A stretch of DNA of 64,000 nt from Mustelus asterias. Lineage: Eukaryota. The stretch spans positions 61,380,001 to 61,444,000 of the forward strand of contig NC_135816.1 in the NCBI RefSeq assembly GCF_964213995.1. Reading direction: 5' to 3'. The translations under genes and the position numbers were made by a program. Positions 35,897 to 50,020 of this stretch are shown here, one piece after another. A model generated the notes under the pieces. It was not told where the DNA came from and did no database searches. It saw only the letters and a program-made list of their open reading frames with translations. The stretch's first letter is position 1. Each line of letters begins with the position of its first letter.

Positions 35897-36687
35897 TTGA
35901 GTTCTTGAAGTTGTAGTCTGTTCCACAATGCAATGTAATGAAGTTAATTGGACAACATGATACAAGGATGTAAATGATATTGGGCCCATGAGTGAGAGAT
36001 ATAAGACTGTGTAATAATGAATTTGAATTAGTGAGAGTATTTTTTTTAATTCATTCATGGGATATGAGCATCATTGATTGGGCAAGCATTTATTTCCCAT
36101 CCCTAATTGCCCTTGAACTGAGTCTATTTCCAAAGGGCATTTAAGAATCAAGCACATAGCTTCAGATTTGGAGGCACATATAGGCCAGATAGCAGATTTC
36201 CTTCCTTACAAGTGACAATGGTTTCATGGTCAAATTTCACCATCTGCAGATGGTGCAGGCATTACCCTGTCCCTGGATTACTAGTCCCATGACAAATCCA
36301 CTACGCCACCAGGACTGCCGCCAGTCATCACCATTAGAACTCTAGTTTAAATTTAATTAAAGTATCAGCATGATTCATTAGTGGCAGGCTCAGTTCTGAG
36401 TCTGTCTAGATTTAAACCCCATTCCAGGAGTTTGAATACATTATCTAGTCTGATATTCCAGTACATTTATGAGGAAGTGTTGCATTATTGGGGCAGTCCA
36501 ACTTTCAGATGAAATCTTAAATTAACACCCTCCTTTCTCAGATGACTATAAATGATCCCGTATCAATGAAATAAAAGCAAAATACTGCGGATGCTGAAAT
36601 CTGAAACAACAGAAAAATGCTGGAAAATGTCGCAAGTCCACCGTATCTGTGGAAAGACAAAATAGTGTTAATGCTTCAAATTCATAT

Positions 36688-39425
36688 TGTAGAAAGTTGT
36701 GGGTTCCCTAAATCACCAACAAGGACGCCCAACTTCCAGTTTATTCCTGAACTCAACAGCTATGTACAACACTTGTGCTCTGCCCACGTTTCCGCCACAT
36801 GAACTCTTTGGTAGCCATGTCATCACATTCTCAGATGACCACTTGGTCTACATCTTCCCTGTTTAGGTGGGACACCCAGTGGCATGAAATGTAACAGCGT
36901 ACGCAATAGAAAAACATGTACAGGCCATTGTGTGACATACAATTAAACAATCTGACAATGTATAACTATTTACATATATCTTGAGGCATGGATTAAGCTG
37001 TAGCAACTGGTGCATAGCCCATCACATGTTCTTTCCCCCCCCCCCTTTCTGTTTAAAAGAAATACTGAAATTTGAAAGCAAGTTCTAGGCTAAGTGGTAA
37101 CAAGGTCCTGGAATCTTGTGTTCAGTCTGATCAGGTGCCCTGAGCATGTGACCACACATTTATTTCACTGGTTGGTGATGTTATAGTCTGTGGCCAGTAT
37201 CCTGACTGTTAGCAACATGGGACGTTTCATCTATATGTTGGTCAGGTGAAAGTTTCATTGCGTTGGCCTCAGTAGGAATCTGCATGTCCACTGGTTCAGG
37301 GGGCAGGAGCCATAGGCCAGATGACTGAAGTGCTGTGTTATCTGTTGGTGCTGATTCTGCCACTGGTGATGGTGACTATGTACATAGTGGGCACTGTCTG
37401 AGGCTACCACATAACTGTTGAGTTGCAGGGACATTACTGTGTACCACCATTAACTAGTCAAGGCCACATCCTGACCATTTGATCTGGTGTTGGAGGGCCA
37501 AGTCTGTGGGCATCTTAATCATGTTGTGGGGCTGCAGGTGGTGAGCTGCTTGTACACTTTGTTCCCTTCAAGTGACCAGGAATTTTAGAGTTTAAAAATC
37601 GGCCGTTTATTTACTATAGCAAGGGCTGCAGCCAGCTGGTGGTGCAGTCCAGAGCACTGAATACAGAATTACACAAACAAATATACTACCAGATTCGATT
37701 ACAAGTAATTAATATATACCAATCAAAGATGTACATTTGTACTCTATATCCACTCACAATTAATAATTGGGATGACATAGTGTATAATATAAGGGTATAG
37801 TTGTCCAATTACAATTTGTGCAATTCTACCTAATGACAATATCAAGCATGTATTTCTTTCTATACTATTTTCCACCCTCTGGACCCCAGTATGATGGCTA
37901 CATGTCTGACCAATGGTATATCACCTTCCATGTCCGTTGTTCCTTGTTATAACAGATACTGACAAGCTGCAACTGCACATGAAGTATTATGTGTATGTTG
38001 TGTGACTGAAGCCTCCCTTATAATTGGGTATTTTATGGTCCTTTGACTCTTATCTGGATCTGCTTTAATCAAGATCTGTGATTTCACATAGTTTTTCTGT
38101 GTGACTGAGTTTAGCAGCTTGAAGCTTATGCGATTTTCAAACTTGTATGATTATTTTCAGTGCATTTCTCAACCTTTGTTGCAGGAGGGCATCATTCACA
38201 TTGGTTTCATATTTAGGCTGCAGCAGAACCTTAGTAGTAGGAATTGTAATAGGAATTATAGTAGGAATTCCTAGTGTGCCTGGAAAAAAAAGTCATCACG
38301 CTAATGAGGGCAGGCCCTGTCGTGGTAGATTTTGCAGGCTGAGGGGTGCAACATATTAATCTGCGTGATCCTGTGCACATTTCCCTAAAAAATGCTTGGC
38401 TGAGCGAATTGCCCATTCCACCAAACCGTTTGTCTATGGATATAGGGGGCTGCTGGCAAAATGTTAAAAGTCCCATGTGTGCGCAAAGTTGTAAAATTCA
38501 GCAGAGATAAATTGGCAAGCTTTATCTGTTATGAGTCTCTGTGGGATGTCGAGTGTGATGAAGTGTCTCTTAAGCTTAATGATTACCATTTTACTTATCA
38601 TGTTTGGCAGGTAGTTGAGTTCAAAGAATCCAGATTACGAATCAACTAAATGTTGTTTACCGCTCCATGTGAAGATGTCAGTGGCTACGAATGACCTGGA
38701 AGATCCGGACATCATGTGAGTGCGATGGTTCCTTTGCTTGATGCAATTTGAGCGCACTGCATGGTGCACTTCTGAAGATTTCCCTTTCTATTTCTGCATA
38801 CATGGACGGCCAGTTCAGTGATTCCTTTTCTAGTGTATCTAGTTGTTTCCAACCTGTGGTGCCCTTTGTGCAGTTGGTGTGTGCAGTACCTCTGGAGAGC
38901 AGTCAGGATGATGAATCCCTGGCCATGCAGTATCAGTCCATCCTGTACGGTATGTCCATTTCTGATGTCTGATGGCAAGGAATTTGCAGAGCTCATGGGG
39001 AAGCTCCCTTAAGGATTCTGACGAGCTCCTCATAATGACATTGTGGAATTGTCCGCATGTCATGTCCATCTGTAAGGCCTGTTTGAGTTCCTGAATACAA
39101 CTAGAGGATAGCATCTCTATTGTCATAATGTCTACGTCTTCTTTATGATCTGCCTGATCTGTGGTGTGTAAGAAGGCTCTGGAGGGGGTATCAGACAACT
39201 ACAGCTCTTTGCCATGTTTGTAGATGACGCTGAAATTGTAGTATTGCAACTTTACCATCATGCATTGCAATCGTGTCGATGCACCGAGGAGAGACTTTAA
39301 GATAGTTGTCAGTGGCTAGTGATCAGTTTCAACAGTTACAGGATGACCATATATGATGTCACGAAACTTCTGACAGGCAAAGATTAAAGTAAGGAATTCT
39401 TTTTCAATTTGCGCACAACGAAACC
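36688..39425 (-). mobile_element. Gypsy LTR retrotransposon relic (RNase H/integrase remnants, PPT, 3' LTR) with internal interruptions
   Basis: CAQIEKEFLTLIFACQKF...VETDH...YKHGKE..SDTPSR and LHKGHH. G-rich PPT near 37030-37050, followed by TGTGATG and a downstream AATAAA. Confidence 0.65.
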
Positions 39426-42011
39426 TTGTTAGAGAGAGGTAGAGACACAGCTTGACTCTAGCTTCTAGCTGAAATTCACAGACAGCAGAATTTTCAACAC
39501 CAGGGGAGAGAGAGAGACAAACACTGCTTTCGATCTACATTCCAAACAGCTTCTGACAAAAATGAAACTAAAATCTTTGATTTTTCCTGTGGAAGAAACT
39601 ATCCAAGCAGGCATCACCTGACCTGTCAATCATTTGCAAATCAAACCCCAGGCAGCAACCCCAAAAAACTATAAAACTCCAGAACACTGCATTGGTCCAA
39701 ATTAAAAATAAACATTGCTTCAAATATCCGACTTCAGCAACAATAGAAGATACCGATTACAGACAGCACAGCATCAAAACAAAACTGCCAGGCTTGAAAA
39801 AACCCTGTGAAGAACATGATTTAAATACATTTCTTAAAGGCACAGTATTGTCACATCCACAAACTACTCAATCCCTGATTGGGTCTTCAGTGAGAGCTGC
39901 AAATGCATATTTCTTTGCCAGTATTTTTAGGGTGGCTGTGTAAGATGACTCATCTGTTTTCTAGTTCATTGAATTCAACACATATCTATTAAGGATTATG
40001 TTTTCTACTAGGCGACAAATGTTCTCAAACTCTTTCAGGAATATCTTAGGGTCTATTATTTCCTTGTCTGTCTGGAAAAGAAACTACTCAAATTTTTTGA
40101 CGGTCTCAGAGCCCATGAGTTTTAATAGAGTATAAACATGTACATTTTATGGCTTGTCAGAGAGTGCAGCACCACAGTAAATACATCACTCCTTCTGGAA
40201 CATTTCCCAACTATCCACAATATTTTCATTAAAGCCGTGTGGGTCAATTTTAGCAAAGTCCTTGTTCCAGTACTGGCAACTTCTGACACCATGTAGAGTA
40301 TTGTGGTTTCCCTAAAAGGGTCTGCACTTTGATCAGCTTTGATCATCACTGAATTTTGAGAGTTTACTAAAACTGAGCTTAACACATCTCCCCTGAGGCT
40401 CCAAGTTGAGATTCTGCATTCTTTGTCAGACAAGTACCATATACCAGAATGAAGAGCCCAGTGTCAGCTAAAGCACGAAATTCTGATCACAGAGTCATTG
40501 ATGTCTGGTGATTTGGTGACCAAATGCAGTTTGGATGAGTCATAAGGTGAAGGGAACAAGAAAAAAGTAGATTTTTAAAAATACTATAAGTCAGTAGTAC
40601 TATATCAAAAGATGATGGACAAAGGTGAAGAAAATGTTCGGAAGTACTGAGGATTCATAGATACACTTGAAATCATGGTAAAATGCAAGTTAAAAAAATA
40701 AATTCAAGCCTGAGAGTCATACAATATGAAGTGGCCTGACCTTTTATGCACAGACCACAAAACTGCTAAGAGATATGTTACTCATATTCACTTAGAAAAC
40801 CATTTGCAAATAGCAGCAATGTAAATTTCTACAAACACAGTGATAAGATGAATAATATGCACACGTTAGGAGCCACAACCTTTACACTGCTTTCGCAATT
40901 CAATATTTCCAACGGCCATTTCATATTATACCTCAGGTCAGATTAATAATCAAACAGACTGAACATTTGGAAAGAAATATATCTCTTTCGATTCATATTT
41001 CATTTTATAGAAAATTAACAACACTTAATAAGAAATGCAGGAAATGCTATGAAATGTACATATAGAATTGTATCTACCTCAGACCCTGGGCTACAGGGGG
41101 AACAAGTGCAATGGGGTCAATTTTGAATTGTTCGAGAAAAGAGATAATATAGCCCATTGGTATTATTGATGAACATGAACTCTTCCAGCAAGAGCCTCTC
41201 AGTATAACTGTTGACCTGTTCAAATGACCAATGTTCATTGGAGCAATATTGTTGTAATCCCAACATCTGTAAAGTAATAAGTTTTAGCATCTTTCAGGGC
41301 TTGGTAGGCACATGGAGTTAGGTCTCTGTTCAGCTGGTTACTCGTCCGCTGCTGCTAGCTCATTTGCTCCCTTCAGCTGTAGACTGTAGACTCCGATGTA
41401 AATGCCACCCTCAGGAATTAAGTTATGTATAAAGTATAAAGACTGCATGAAGTACAGCTACTCATTAATGTACATCCCTCACTTAGATCGTTCAGGTAAG
41501 ACTGTTTGGCCCTTCAATAAGATCAGGTCACTGTTCGGCCAACTCTGTTTGCTCTAGCTCACTTGCACTCTGTGGTGACCTTCAGCAGGTGGGAGTACAG
41601 AAATGAGGAAGTGGTATTTCAGTTGTACATTCAGTTCCAGATACCAATTCTCAGGAAAGATAGGTGGACCTTGGAGGGGAAGAGTACTGATTTACTAAAA
41701 TTATTTCAGGTTATCCTCTTCATATTATAAGGATAAGCAGCAAAAACTTGAGGTGGAATCCACCCCTCCCCCGGCTGCGGCATGTTTTCTGTCAGCAGAG
41801 TTGGTTTGCCATTCACCACTGGCAGGATCTTCCAGTCAGGTCAATGTCTACGACGTTTTGCGTGGCTCGTCCATCTCGCCACCAGGAAAACTGCCACGGG
41901 GTGGGTGGGGTCAGCTTCAGTGGGACCAGAAAATCCTCCCAGAGGGTAGGGCCGGAGACTCACACCTTTGATTTCCCTGCATTTGGAAGGTAGATCAGTG
42001 ATTTGACCAAG

Positions 42012-42948
42012 GGCCAGGATTCTCCCAAAAAATTTCTAAGTGCTGAATTTGTGTAAAAGCGGGAGTAACTCCTGTTGTTTTTTTTTAAGCGGAATTTTCA
42101 AAATGAATCCCCCACACTCTGAGCACTGCAGAGTGTCCTAGAGTGATTCACGTTTAAAATCCAGGGGCAGGGCCTATTCCCACTGCAGAGGCCGGCAGCA
42201 TAGCGCTGAGCGGGCCATTGCATATGCGCTGATATGTCAGTGCCGAGATCAGCCCATATGCAGTAGCCCCTGTCTGCCGGCCTCCAGATTGCAGGCCAAC
42301 CCTGAGACCTCAGCATTGCTGGCCACACAGACCTCTCCCAATGTTCCCCCCTCCTCCCCACCAGCCCTGATTTCCCCGACCCACCACCCGCTCCCCCCCC
42401 CACAGCCCCAATTCACCCTGATCAAGCCCTTCTCTCCTTCTGCCACTGATCCCAATGCAGAGTGGCAGCAGGACCTCCCACCTCCACCGATCTCTCCCCA
42501 CATAGGCTCTGCCCCTTTGGCACTGCCCGATGCCTGGTGGGCAGGGCCAAGGTGTGCCCTGGACATTGCCACTTTGTTCTTGGGCAGTGCCGGGGGCTTT
42601 ACCCCCCCCCCCCCCCCAACCTCCTGGGGGTGCTCCATGGCACCCCTTTCACTCCAGTGGGACGGGTTGCCAGTACCCTGTTAGTGCGGAGCTGTTCTAA
42701 ACCCCGCTGGAGTGAACCACTCCTGGCTGGGAGGGGAGGGGGGTGGTGTGTGGAGAGGCTAGCGGGGCCAGAGACGTCAGTCCCAGGCCTGCTAATGGAA
42801 TGGAAATCAACATTTAAATATTTAAATCAGCTCCATGCGGGGACCCGGAGACGCATGGAGGCCGTGGTGTCCAGCGGGGAGCCCGTGAAATGGCCTCCTG
42901 GCCTGCTGCGCTGCTCTAGCAGTGCAGTGGGCTGGGAGAATCGCCCCC
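42012..42948 (+). mobile_element. Non-autonomous Harbinger element (MITE) inserted in an old CR1
   Basis: TIRs GGCCAGGATTCTCCCA and TGGGAGAATCGCCCCC, 3-bp TSD AAG. Left subterminal region is similar to 53583-53730. Confidence 0.8.
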
Positions 42949-43299
42949 AAGATGTCTAAAATGCTAAAGGCATTCAGTAAGATAGTTACAGGTGGACTAT
43001 CTCTTATGATGAAGAATCTGGAACAAGAAGACATAATCTTAAAATTAGAACTCAGGCATTTGGGAGTGAAATTCTTTTTTGGCACAAAATCTGGATAATA
43101 TTCAGAAATCTTTCTCCTGAAAGGGTGAACTGGTTCAAATTTTTAACACTGAAATAGTGATAGGTATTTGTTCACTAGCGATATGAAGGGATATGGAACT
43201 AAAGTAATAAATGGCACTGAGGTACAGATTAGTCATAATCTATAATCGAGTCAAGGCCTATTTCACTACTCATTGGTTCCTTTAAATATGATTAGTGAC

Positions 43300-43970
43300 T
43301 CTCAGACCCTATTGTCCGGGCTCACTTGCCCTTACCTGCTCATCGATCGAGGTCCTCACCAGCAAGAACCGCATGTGGTCCCCACCAGTGAGGACTAGAC
43401 ATAACGGCCTCGCTGGTAGGAATGGAGGCCATTGGAGGCCCCAGGTGGTCGGGGGCAGGGTTCTGCCAGGATGGTAATCGGGGGAGTGGGGATCAGCGAT
43501 GTCCAGGGTGGTGATTGGGGGGGTGAATTCGCCAGAGCGATGATTGAGGTGGGGGCGGAAATTGGTGAGGTCTGGAGTGGTAATTGGGTTGGGTGTCAGC
43601 GATGTCCGGAATGGCGATCGTGGGGGGGCGGGAGGGGTGGTGTAGGGGAAAATCAGCGAGGGCAACGATCCAGAAGGTGGGGTTCAATGATATCTGGAGC
43701 GGCAATCGGGTGGGGGGGTGCTGGCAGGAGATCTCCCAGTGCACTGGGAGACTGGGACACCTGCACAATGGCGTACCTAGAGCTCAGCAGCCAGCTTCCT
43801 GGCAAGAATAGGCTCCGCCCACTCCCCTACAGGTGAGAATCGCAACCCGGCACTTTTTTTTAACTAAATGCCATATGATTGCGACTGGGAGCTCACCCAA
43901 AAAAAAGGTGCAATTCTCTCCTATTTTCATGCTCATTCGGAACTTACAATTTTTTTGGTAAGATCCCCCT
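43300..43970 (-). mobile_element. Partial non-autonomous Harbinger element
   Basis: Reverse complement of the right end (GGGGGATCTTACCAAAAAAATTGTAAGT..GAAT) resembles the left end of 42012. Confidence 0.55.
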
Positions 43971-44589
43971 CAAGTTTAATAGCACAAAAAGAGGCCCTTC
44001 AGTCTATCACATCTGCGCCAGCTATCATGTACCTATCTATCCGAATCCCATTTTCCAGCAGGTGGTTCGTAGCTTTGTAATCCAAAATGATAAGCGGCAC
44101 TGAGGTATAGATTAGCCATAATCTATTTGAATGACAGAACAAGTTTGAGGGGCTGAATGATGCTCACTCTGGGTTCAATGTTTAACTAGGTGCTCTCTCC
44201 TGAAATGAATGGCTGATACTCTGACGACAGCACAACCAAGGATGAGTGATTTTAGTTTATAATTTGAGTGGGCTCCCTGGTCCTTTCTGGTGCCAGATAA
44301 GGTACCTTTGAAATCCCCACTTGAAGAAAGGACAAATAAATTCTGTTAATGGACTACCAATTTGATTTATAAACATTGCGTGCTGTGACGCTGGTGTCTC
44401 GGTTAAAGAGAGTTTGAGAGGGAAACAGCAGCAACCACAACATGTGTTTATATTTTGCCTTTAAATTAAAACCACATTCACAAGGGGTTTCACAGAAATA
44501 TAAAGAACAAGATAGGCTGCTCGATAAGTTAATCAAAATTTTGGTCAGAGAAATAAGTGCTATGGACCATCCTAAAGGTGCAGAACATA

Positions 44590-44927
44590 TCATAGAAACC
44601 CTACAGTACAGAAAGAGGCCATTCGGCCCATCGAGTCTGCACCGACCACAATCCCACCCAGGCCCTACCCCCATATTCCGACATATTTACCCACTAATCC
44701 TTCTAACCTACGCATCTCAGGACACTAAGGGCAATTTTAGCATGGCCAATCAACCTAACCCGCACATCTTTGGACTGTGGGAGGAAACCGGAGCACCCGG
44801 AGGAAACCCACGCAGACACGAGGAGAATGTGCAAACTCCACGCAGACAGCGACCCAAGCTGGGAATCGATCCCAGGTCCCTGGAGCTGTGAAGCAACAGT
44901 GCTAACCTCTGTGCTACCGTGCCGCCC
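44590..44927 (-). mobile_element. Full-length young HE1-type SINE
   Basis: Near-identical to 34454-34793. Confidence 0.92.
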
Positions 44928-45864
44928 AGGGTGAATGGAATTTGGAGGGTGAATGGAATTTGGTGCAAATTAGGATACAGTAGCAACATTTGTGGAAAGA
45001 GGAAAGCTGACCAAGAGGACATTGGAATACAAAGTATCAGAAGCAGATAGGCTGAGGGAAGGCAGATTGTGGAAGTGGATGGACTTGCTGATGGAGAGGA
45101 TATATCTGAGTTCAGAAGTTGAGCTCAGGATCAAATAGAACATTGACTTGCAGACAATCTGATTCAGCATCACATGGTTGCCAGAGAGAGGGATGGAGTC
45201 ATGAGGTAGGAGCAGTGATTTTGACAACCACTTGAGTCTTCACAATATTTAATTGAGGAGATTTCTGCTCATTCATAGCAAGCAGCCTGATAAATTAAAT
45301 GGTCAAAGGGATTGAGAGAGGTGGGGGTAATCTGTTAGATCTGGGTACTGTTAGTGAACATGTGGAACTTGCTGTTATCTTTTTGACTGCAGTCAGGGGA
45401 AATATAAGAGGCTGTCAATTATAGACCCTCGGGGAACACAGAGATAACAATGCAGGAGTAGGCAAAAAAAACATTGCAGGAGAAAACATAGTCCTTATTT
45501 TTTATATTGGTATCCAACTGAAGAAGAGGGAAAAGTTCCAATCCCTAGGACCAACTATAATATTTTGAAATGTTTTTGCCTTTCTTACTCTAATTGTTCC
45601 AGCTGTGTTATTTTAAATTATTTTCAAAGATTGTTTTAGCTCCCCGTAGTCTCCAACTGCCAACCATGTTCACTGAACTATAAAGGATTAAGCAGATAAC
45701 TTAGAATGTAAATCCTTAAAAGGAAAATAATAAAAGTTTGCAACCTATAAATTAAGCTTTTATTTCAAAATTGACCTGATTTTATGCGGTTATTATTTCC
45801 TGATGCCATTACTAGCTCTCTGACTTAATGACCTATTATTTGAAAATTCCCAACAGAATTTTTT

Positions 45865-46785
45865 CCAATTCATTCCTGGGATGTGCGCTTCACTAGCTAG
45901 GCCAGCATTTATTGCCCAGCCCTTGAGAAGCTGCCTTCTTGAACCGCTGCAGTCCAAGATGTAGGTACACCCGCAGCATTGTTAGGGAGGGAGTTCAAGG
46001 ATTTTGACCCAGCGACAGTAAAGGAATGACAATATATTTCCAAGCCAGGATGATGAGTGACTTGGCAGGGAATCTGCAGGCAATGATATTCCCATGTGTC
46101 AGCTGCCCTTGTCCTTCTAGATGGTAGTGGTTATGGATTTGGAAAGTGTTATTTAAGGAGCCTTGGTGAACTTCTGCAATGCATCTTGTAGATGGTACAC
46201 ACTGCTGCCACTGTTTGTCAGTGGTGGAGGGAGTGAATGTTTGTGGATGGGGTGCAAATCAAGCAGATTGCTTTGTCTCGGATGGTGTTGAACTTCTTCA
46301 GTTGTTGGAGTTGCACTCATCCAGGCAATGGGGGAGTATTCCATCATGGGTTATTTACCAAAAGGGTAAGGTAGATTCTCTCTTGTTGGATATTGCTATT
46401 GCCTGACATTTGTGTGATATGAATGTTATTGTTACTTGCCAACCAAAGCCTGGTTATTGTCCAGGTCTTGCTGCATTTCAACATGGACTGCTTCAGTATT
46501 TGGGGAGTCATGAATGGTGCTGAACATTGTTCAATCATCAGTTGACATCCTCCCTTCTGGCCTTATGATGGAAGGAAGGTCATTGATGAAGCGGCTGAAG
46601 TGGTTGGGCCTAAGATACTACTCTGAACTCCTGCAGTGCTGTTCTGGAACTGAGATGATTTACCACCAACAAGATTTCTTTGTCCTCGGTAAGACTCCCA
46701 CCAATGAAGAGTTTTTCCCTGATTCCCATTGACTCCACTTTTGCTGGGGCTCCTTGATGTCACATTTGGTCAAATGCTGCCTTCA
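45865..46785 (-). mobile_element. Old CR1-group LINE relic
   Basis: MMEYSPIAWMSA and the shared GCCAGCATTTATTGCCC tail. Confidence 0.65.
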
Positions 46786-47016
46786 TCAGAATCATTTTAT
46801 TGAAACCAGCCCAATACAAAGTTGGCATCCATTTTGTACCCACCCCCATCCTTTCCCCAGGCTTTCCATTGTTTGAACAAGTTCCAACAGATGATTCAAG
46901 AATGTTCTCACACTTCTGATCCCAGCTCCCCACTGCTGAATTCCCCACACACACTTCCACTCCCCGACCATACCATGTTCAACACAAATAGGGCATAGAC
47001 ATTTTACTACATACAA

Positions 47017-47785
47017 ACATATGTATGAATTAGGAGCAGAGGTAGGTCATTTGGCAGCTTGAAAATGCTCTGCCTTTCGATAAGATCATGGCTGATCTGA
47101 TTGTAGCCTGCAGTTTCCTGTCTATTCCTCTACCTTCTGACTCTCTCATCAGTTAAGATTCTATCTAACTCAGCTTTTAAAAGTAGTCAATGCCCCAGCC
47201 TCCTCTGCTCTCTCGGGAAGAGAATTCCATAAATTAATCTCTCTCTGAGAGAAAGAAAATTCTCGTCATTTCCATCCTAAATGGGGGGCCCCTTATTTTA
47301 AAAAACTAAATCTCATTGTTCTAGCTTCTCCCACAAAAGGAAACACTCGTTCAGCATTCACCCTGAAAAGAGCCCTCAGGATCACACATATTTCAACTAG
47401 AATATACAATAAATAGGAAGAGAAGTAGACCCCCATACAGCCTCTAGAGCCCACTCCACCATTCAATACAGTCATGGCAGATCTTGAGCTTCAACTCCAC
47501 TTTCCCTTCTGTTCCCTGTATCCCTCAATTTCCTGAGAGAACAAACATCTGTCTACCCAGTTTTAAGTACATTCAGTGATGGAGAGACATCTACAGCCCT
47601 CAGGGGTAGAGAATTCCAAAGATTTACAATCTGCTTGAGTGAAGAAATATCCTCTCTTCTCAGTCCTAAAAGATCATCGTCTTATCCTGAGACTGTGCCC
47701 GTGTTTCAGATTCACCAGCCAGAGGAAATAACCTCCCCCTGTTTACCCTGTCAAGCCCCTTCTGAATCTGATACGTTTCATGTGA
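47017..47785 (-). mobile_element. Two old CR1 3' fragments
   Basis: Two CR1-type tails (47017, ~47400) and ERVFPFVGEART. Confidence 0.7.
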
Positions 47786-48214
47786 GAATCAAAATCATCT
47801 AGGTACAGTAAAGTGTAACAATCTAGATGGATTGAATTGTTCAATATAATGTTAAAAAATATTCCAAAATGATCACGAAGGGTTCAAATCTTACCCGGTG
47901 GATTTCCAAGAGCTTGGCAAAAGATGATGATGTTTTTGTCATTATTCTTGGTGTGTGAGCATCGCTGGCAAGGCCAGCATTTGTTGCTCATTCCTAATTA
48001 TCCTTGAACTGAGTGACTTTCTAGGCCTTTGCAAAGGGCAGTTAGAGTCAACTCAAGTCAGGAGATATTCAATGACAGAAGAGTCTTCCAAGGCCAAAGG
48101 GAATGGTGATTGTGCAAAAAAAGAATCAAAAGATGTGCCTGGGGTGAGCTGCTGGCTCCAAGCAAAAAAAGTAAGAGAAAAACCGACGTCAAAGAAAAGG
48201 GAACAAAATATAGC

Positions 48215-48630
48215 AGAGACCATATGGTCTAATATTGTTGAGCCCAGGAGGCTGTAAACAGCCTATTCAGAAGATGAGCTGCTGTTCCTCAAGCTAAAGT
48301 TGATCTTCACTGCATTTGGTCTCCCCAGAGTTGAGCAGACAACATTGTGAGCAGTGAATACAGCATATTAGCTTGAAGAAAGTACATCTAAATTGTTGCT
48401 TCACCTCGAAGGAGTGCATGGGGTCTTAGACGGTGAAGAAAGAGGTGGTTCAAAGGAAGGTGTCACATCTCCTTCATTCACATGGGCAGGTGCCCTAAGA
48501 ATGGGGATGGCGTGACTGAGGAGTGAACCAGAGTATCACGGTGGGAACATGCTGAAAGGGGAGGGGAGGGTAACATGTTTGGTGGTGGCATCACACTGGA
48601 GGTGGTGGAAATGGCAGAAAACAATCTGAA
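48215..48630 (-). mobile_element. Old Penelope-like GIY-YIG fragment (second family)
   Basis: Minus strand HSFEVKQQFRCT..LIC..CSQCCL..LGRP resembles a decayed GIY-YIG region. Confidence 0.45.
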
Positions 48631-49669
48631 TACAAAATGCAAAATGAAATATTGTGAATCTATGAAAAATGACCTTTTGAGTCATAGTTCATTGTTATGA
48701 GAATTACTCATTTTGATTCTTATCTGCATTTTTAGAAAAACCACTGGCATCTCTTCTTTACCACAAAACTGCAAAATGGTTAACAGTAGATTTAAAGTAA
48801 AGCAATTGACAAAAAATATCTCTTATTAAATATAAGCAGCTCTTTTAAATGCTTTGTAAATTGTGCTAAGAGTTTTTGAACTATTTCCAGCCCATTTCCC
48901 CAGCGCTTCTAATATTTTCTTTCCATTGTCACCAACCAGTCTTTGGGTCAATCTTGCTATTAGTGTTTTCAAAAGCTGTGATTGTGGATTATGAGTAGTA
49001 ATGATGAGTTTCACATGGGGGTCTGTGGAATGGGATTTCTAACTAGCCAGTAGGATTTGTAGGCAGAATGCAGTCTTTCAGAGGATAAGGAATCAGTAAA
49101 GAGTTAAGTGATTATCGGCGTGTGAGCATCGCTGGCAAGGCCAGCATTTGTTGTCCATTCCTAATTATCCTTGAACTGAATGACTTGCTAGGCCTTCGCA
49201 AAGGGCAGTTAGAGTCAACTCAAGTCAGGAGATATTCAATGACAGAAGAGTCTTCCAAGGCCAAAGGGAATGGTGATGGTGAAAGAAAAAAAGTGCCTGG
49301 GGTGTGTTGCTGACTCCAACAAAAAAAGTAAGAGAAAAATCGACGTCAAAGAAAAGGAAACAAAATATAGCAGACAGCTTACACATGTATTTAACTCAGT
49401 AATTCAGTTCTTTCAGAGATCTTCTGTCGCTCTGTCCTTAGAGCTATTTAACCCTTCGTGAGACTCCAGTCAGCTGTATGTTTGTATTATCTTGTGTTTT
49501 CATGTTGTATGTTAAATAAATTTGTTACACCTTTTGCATAGAGATGTTTGCCTTGCGAGTTTTTAATTGTCTTTATTTAAAACACAATTGGCCACCTCTT
49601 GAAATTTCCCCACAACAGTGCCTTCCAGATTTGTGCTTTTGGAAGAAACAAGCGTAGGACAAAAGCCAA

Positions 49670-50020
49670 GTGGCACTGTAGCACACTAGTTAGCACTGCT
49701 GCCTCGCAGCTCCAGGGACCCGGGTTCAATTCCAGCCTTGGGTGGCTGTCTGTGTGGAGTTTGAACATGCTCCCCGCCTCTGTGTGGGTTTCTCCTGGGT
49801 GTTCTGGTTTCCTCCCACAGTCCAAAGATGTGCAGGTTGGGTGGATTGGCCATGCTAAATTGTCTCAAGATGTAGGTTAGATGGATTAACCTTGGGAAAT
49901 GTGTAGGACTATGGGTACAGGGCAGGGGAGAGTGCGTGGCTAAAATACTCTTTCAGAGATTTGGTGCAGATTTGATGGGCCAAATGACCTCTTCTGCACT
50001 GTAGGGATTCTATGGTTTTA
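49670..50020 (+). mobile_element. HE1-type SINE
   Basis: tRNA-like head, central domain and tail GCACTGTAGGGATTCTATG. Confidence 0.85.
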
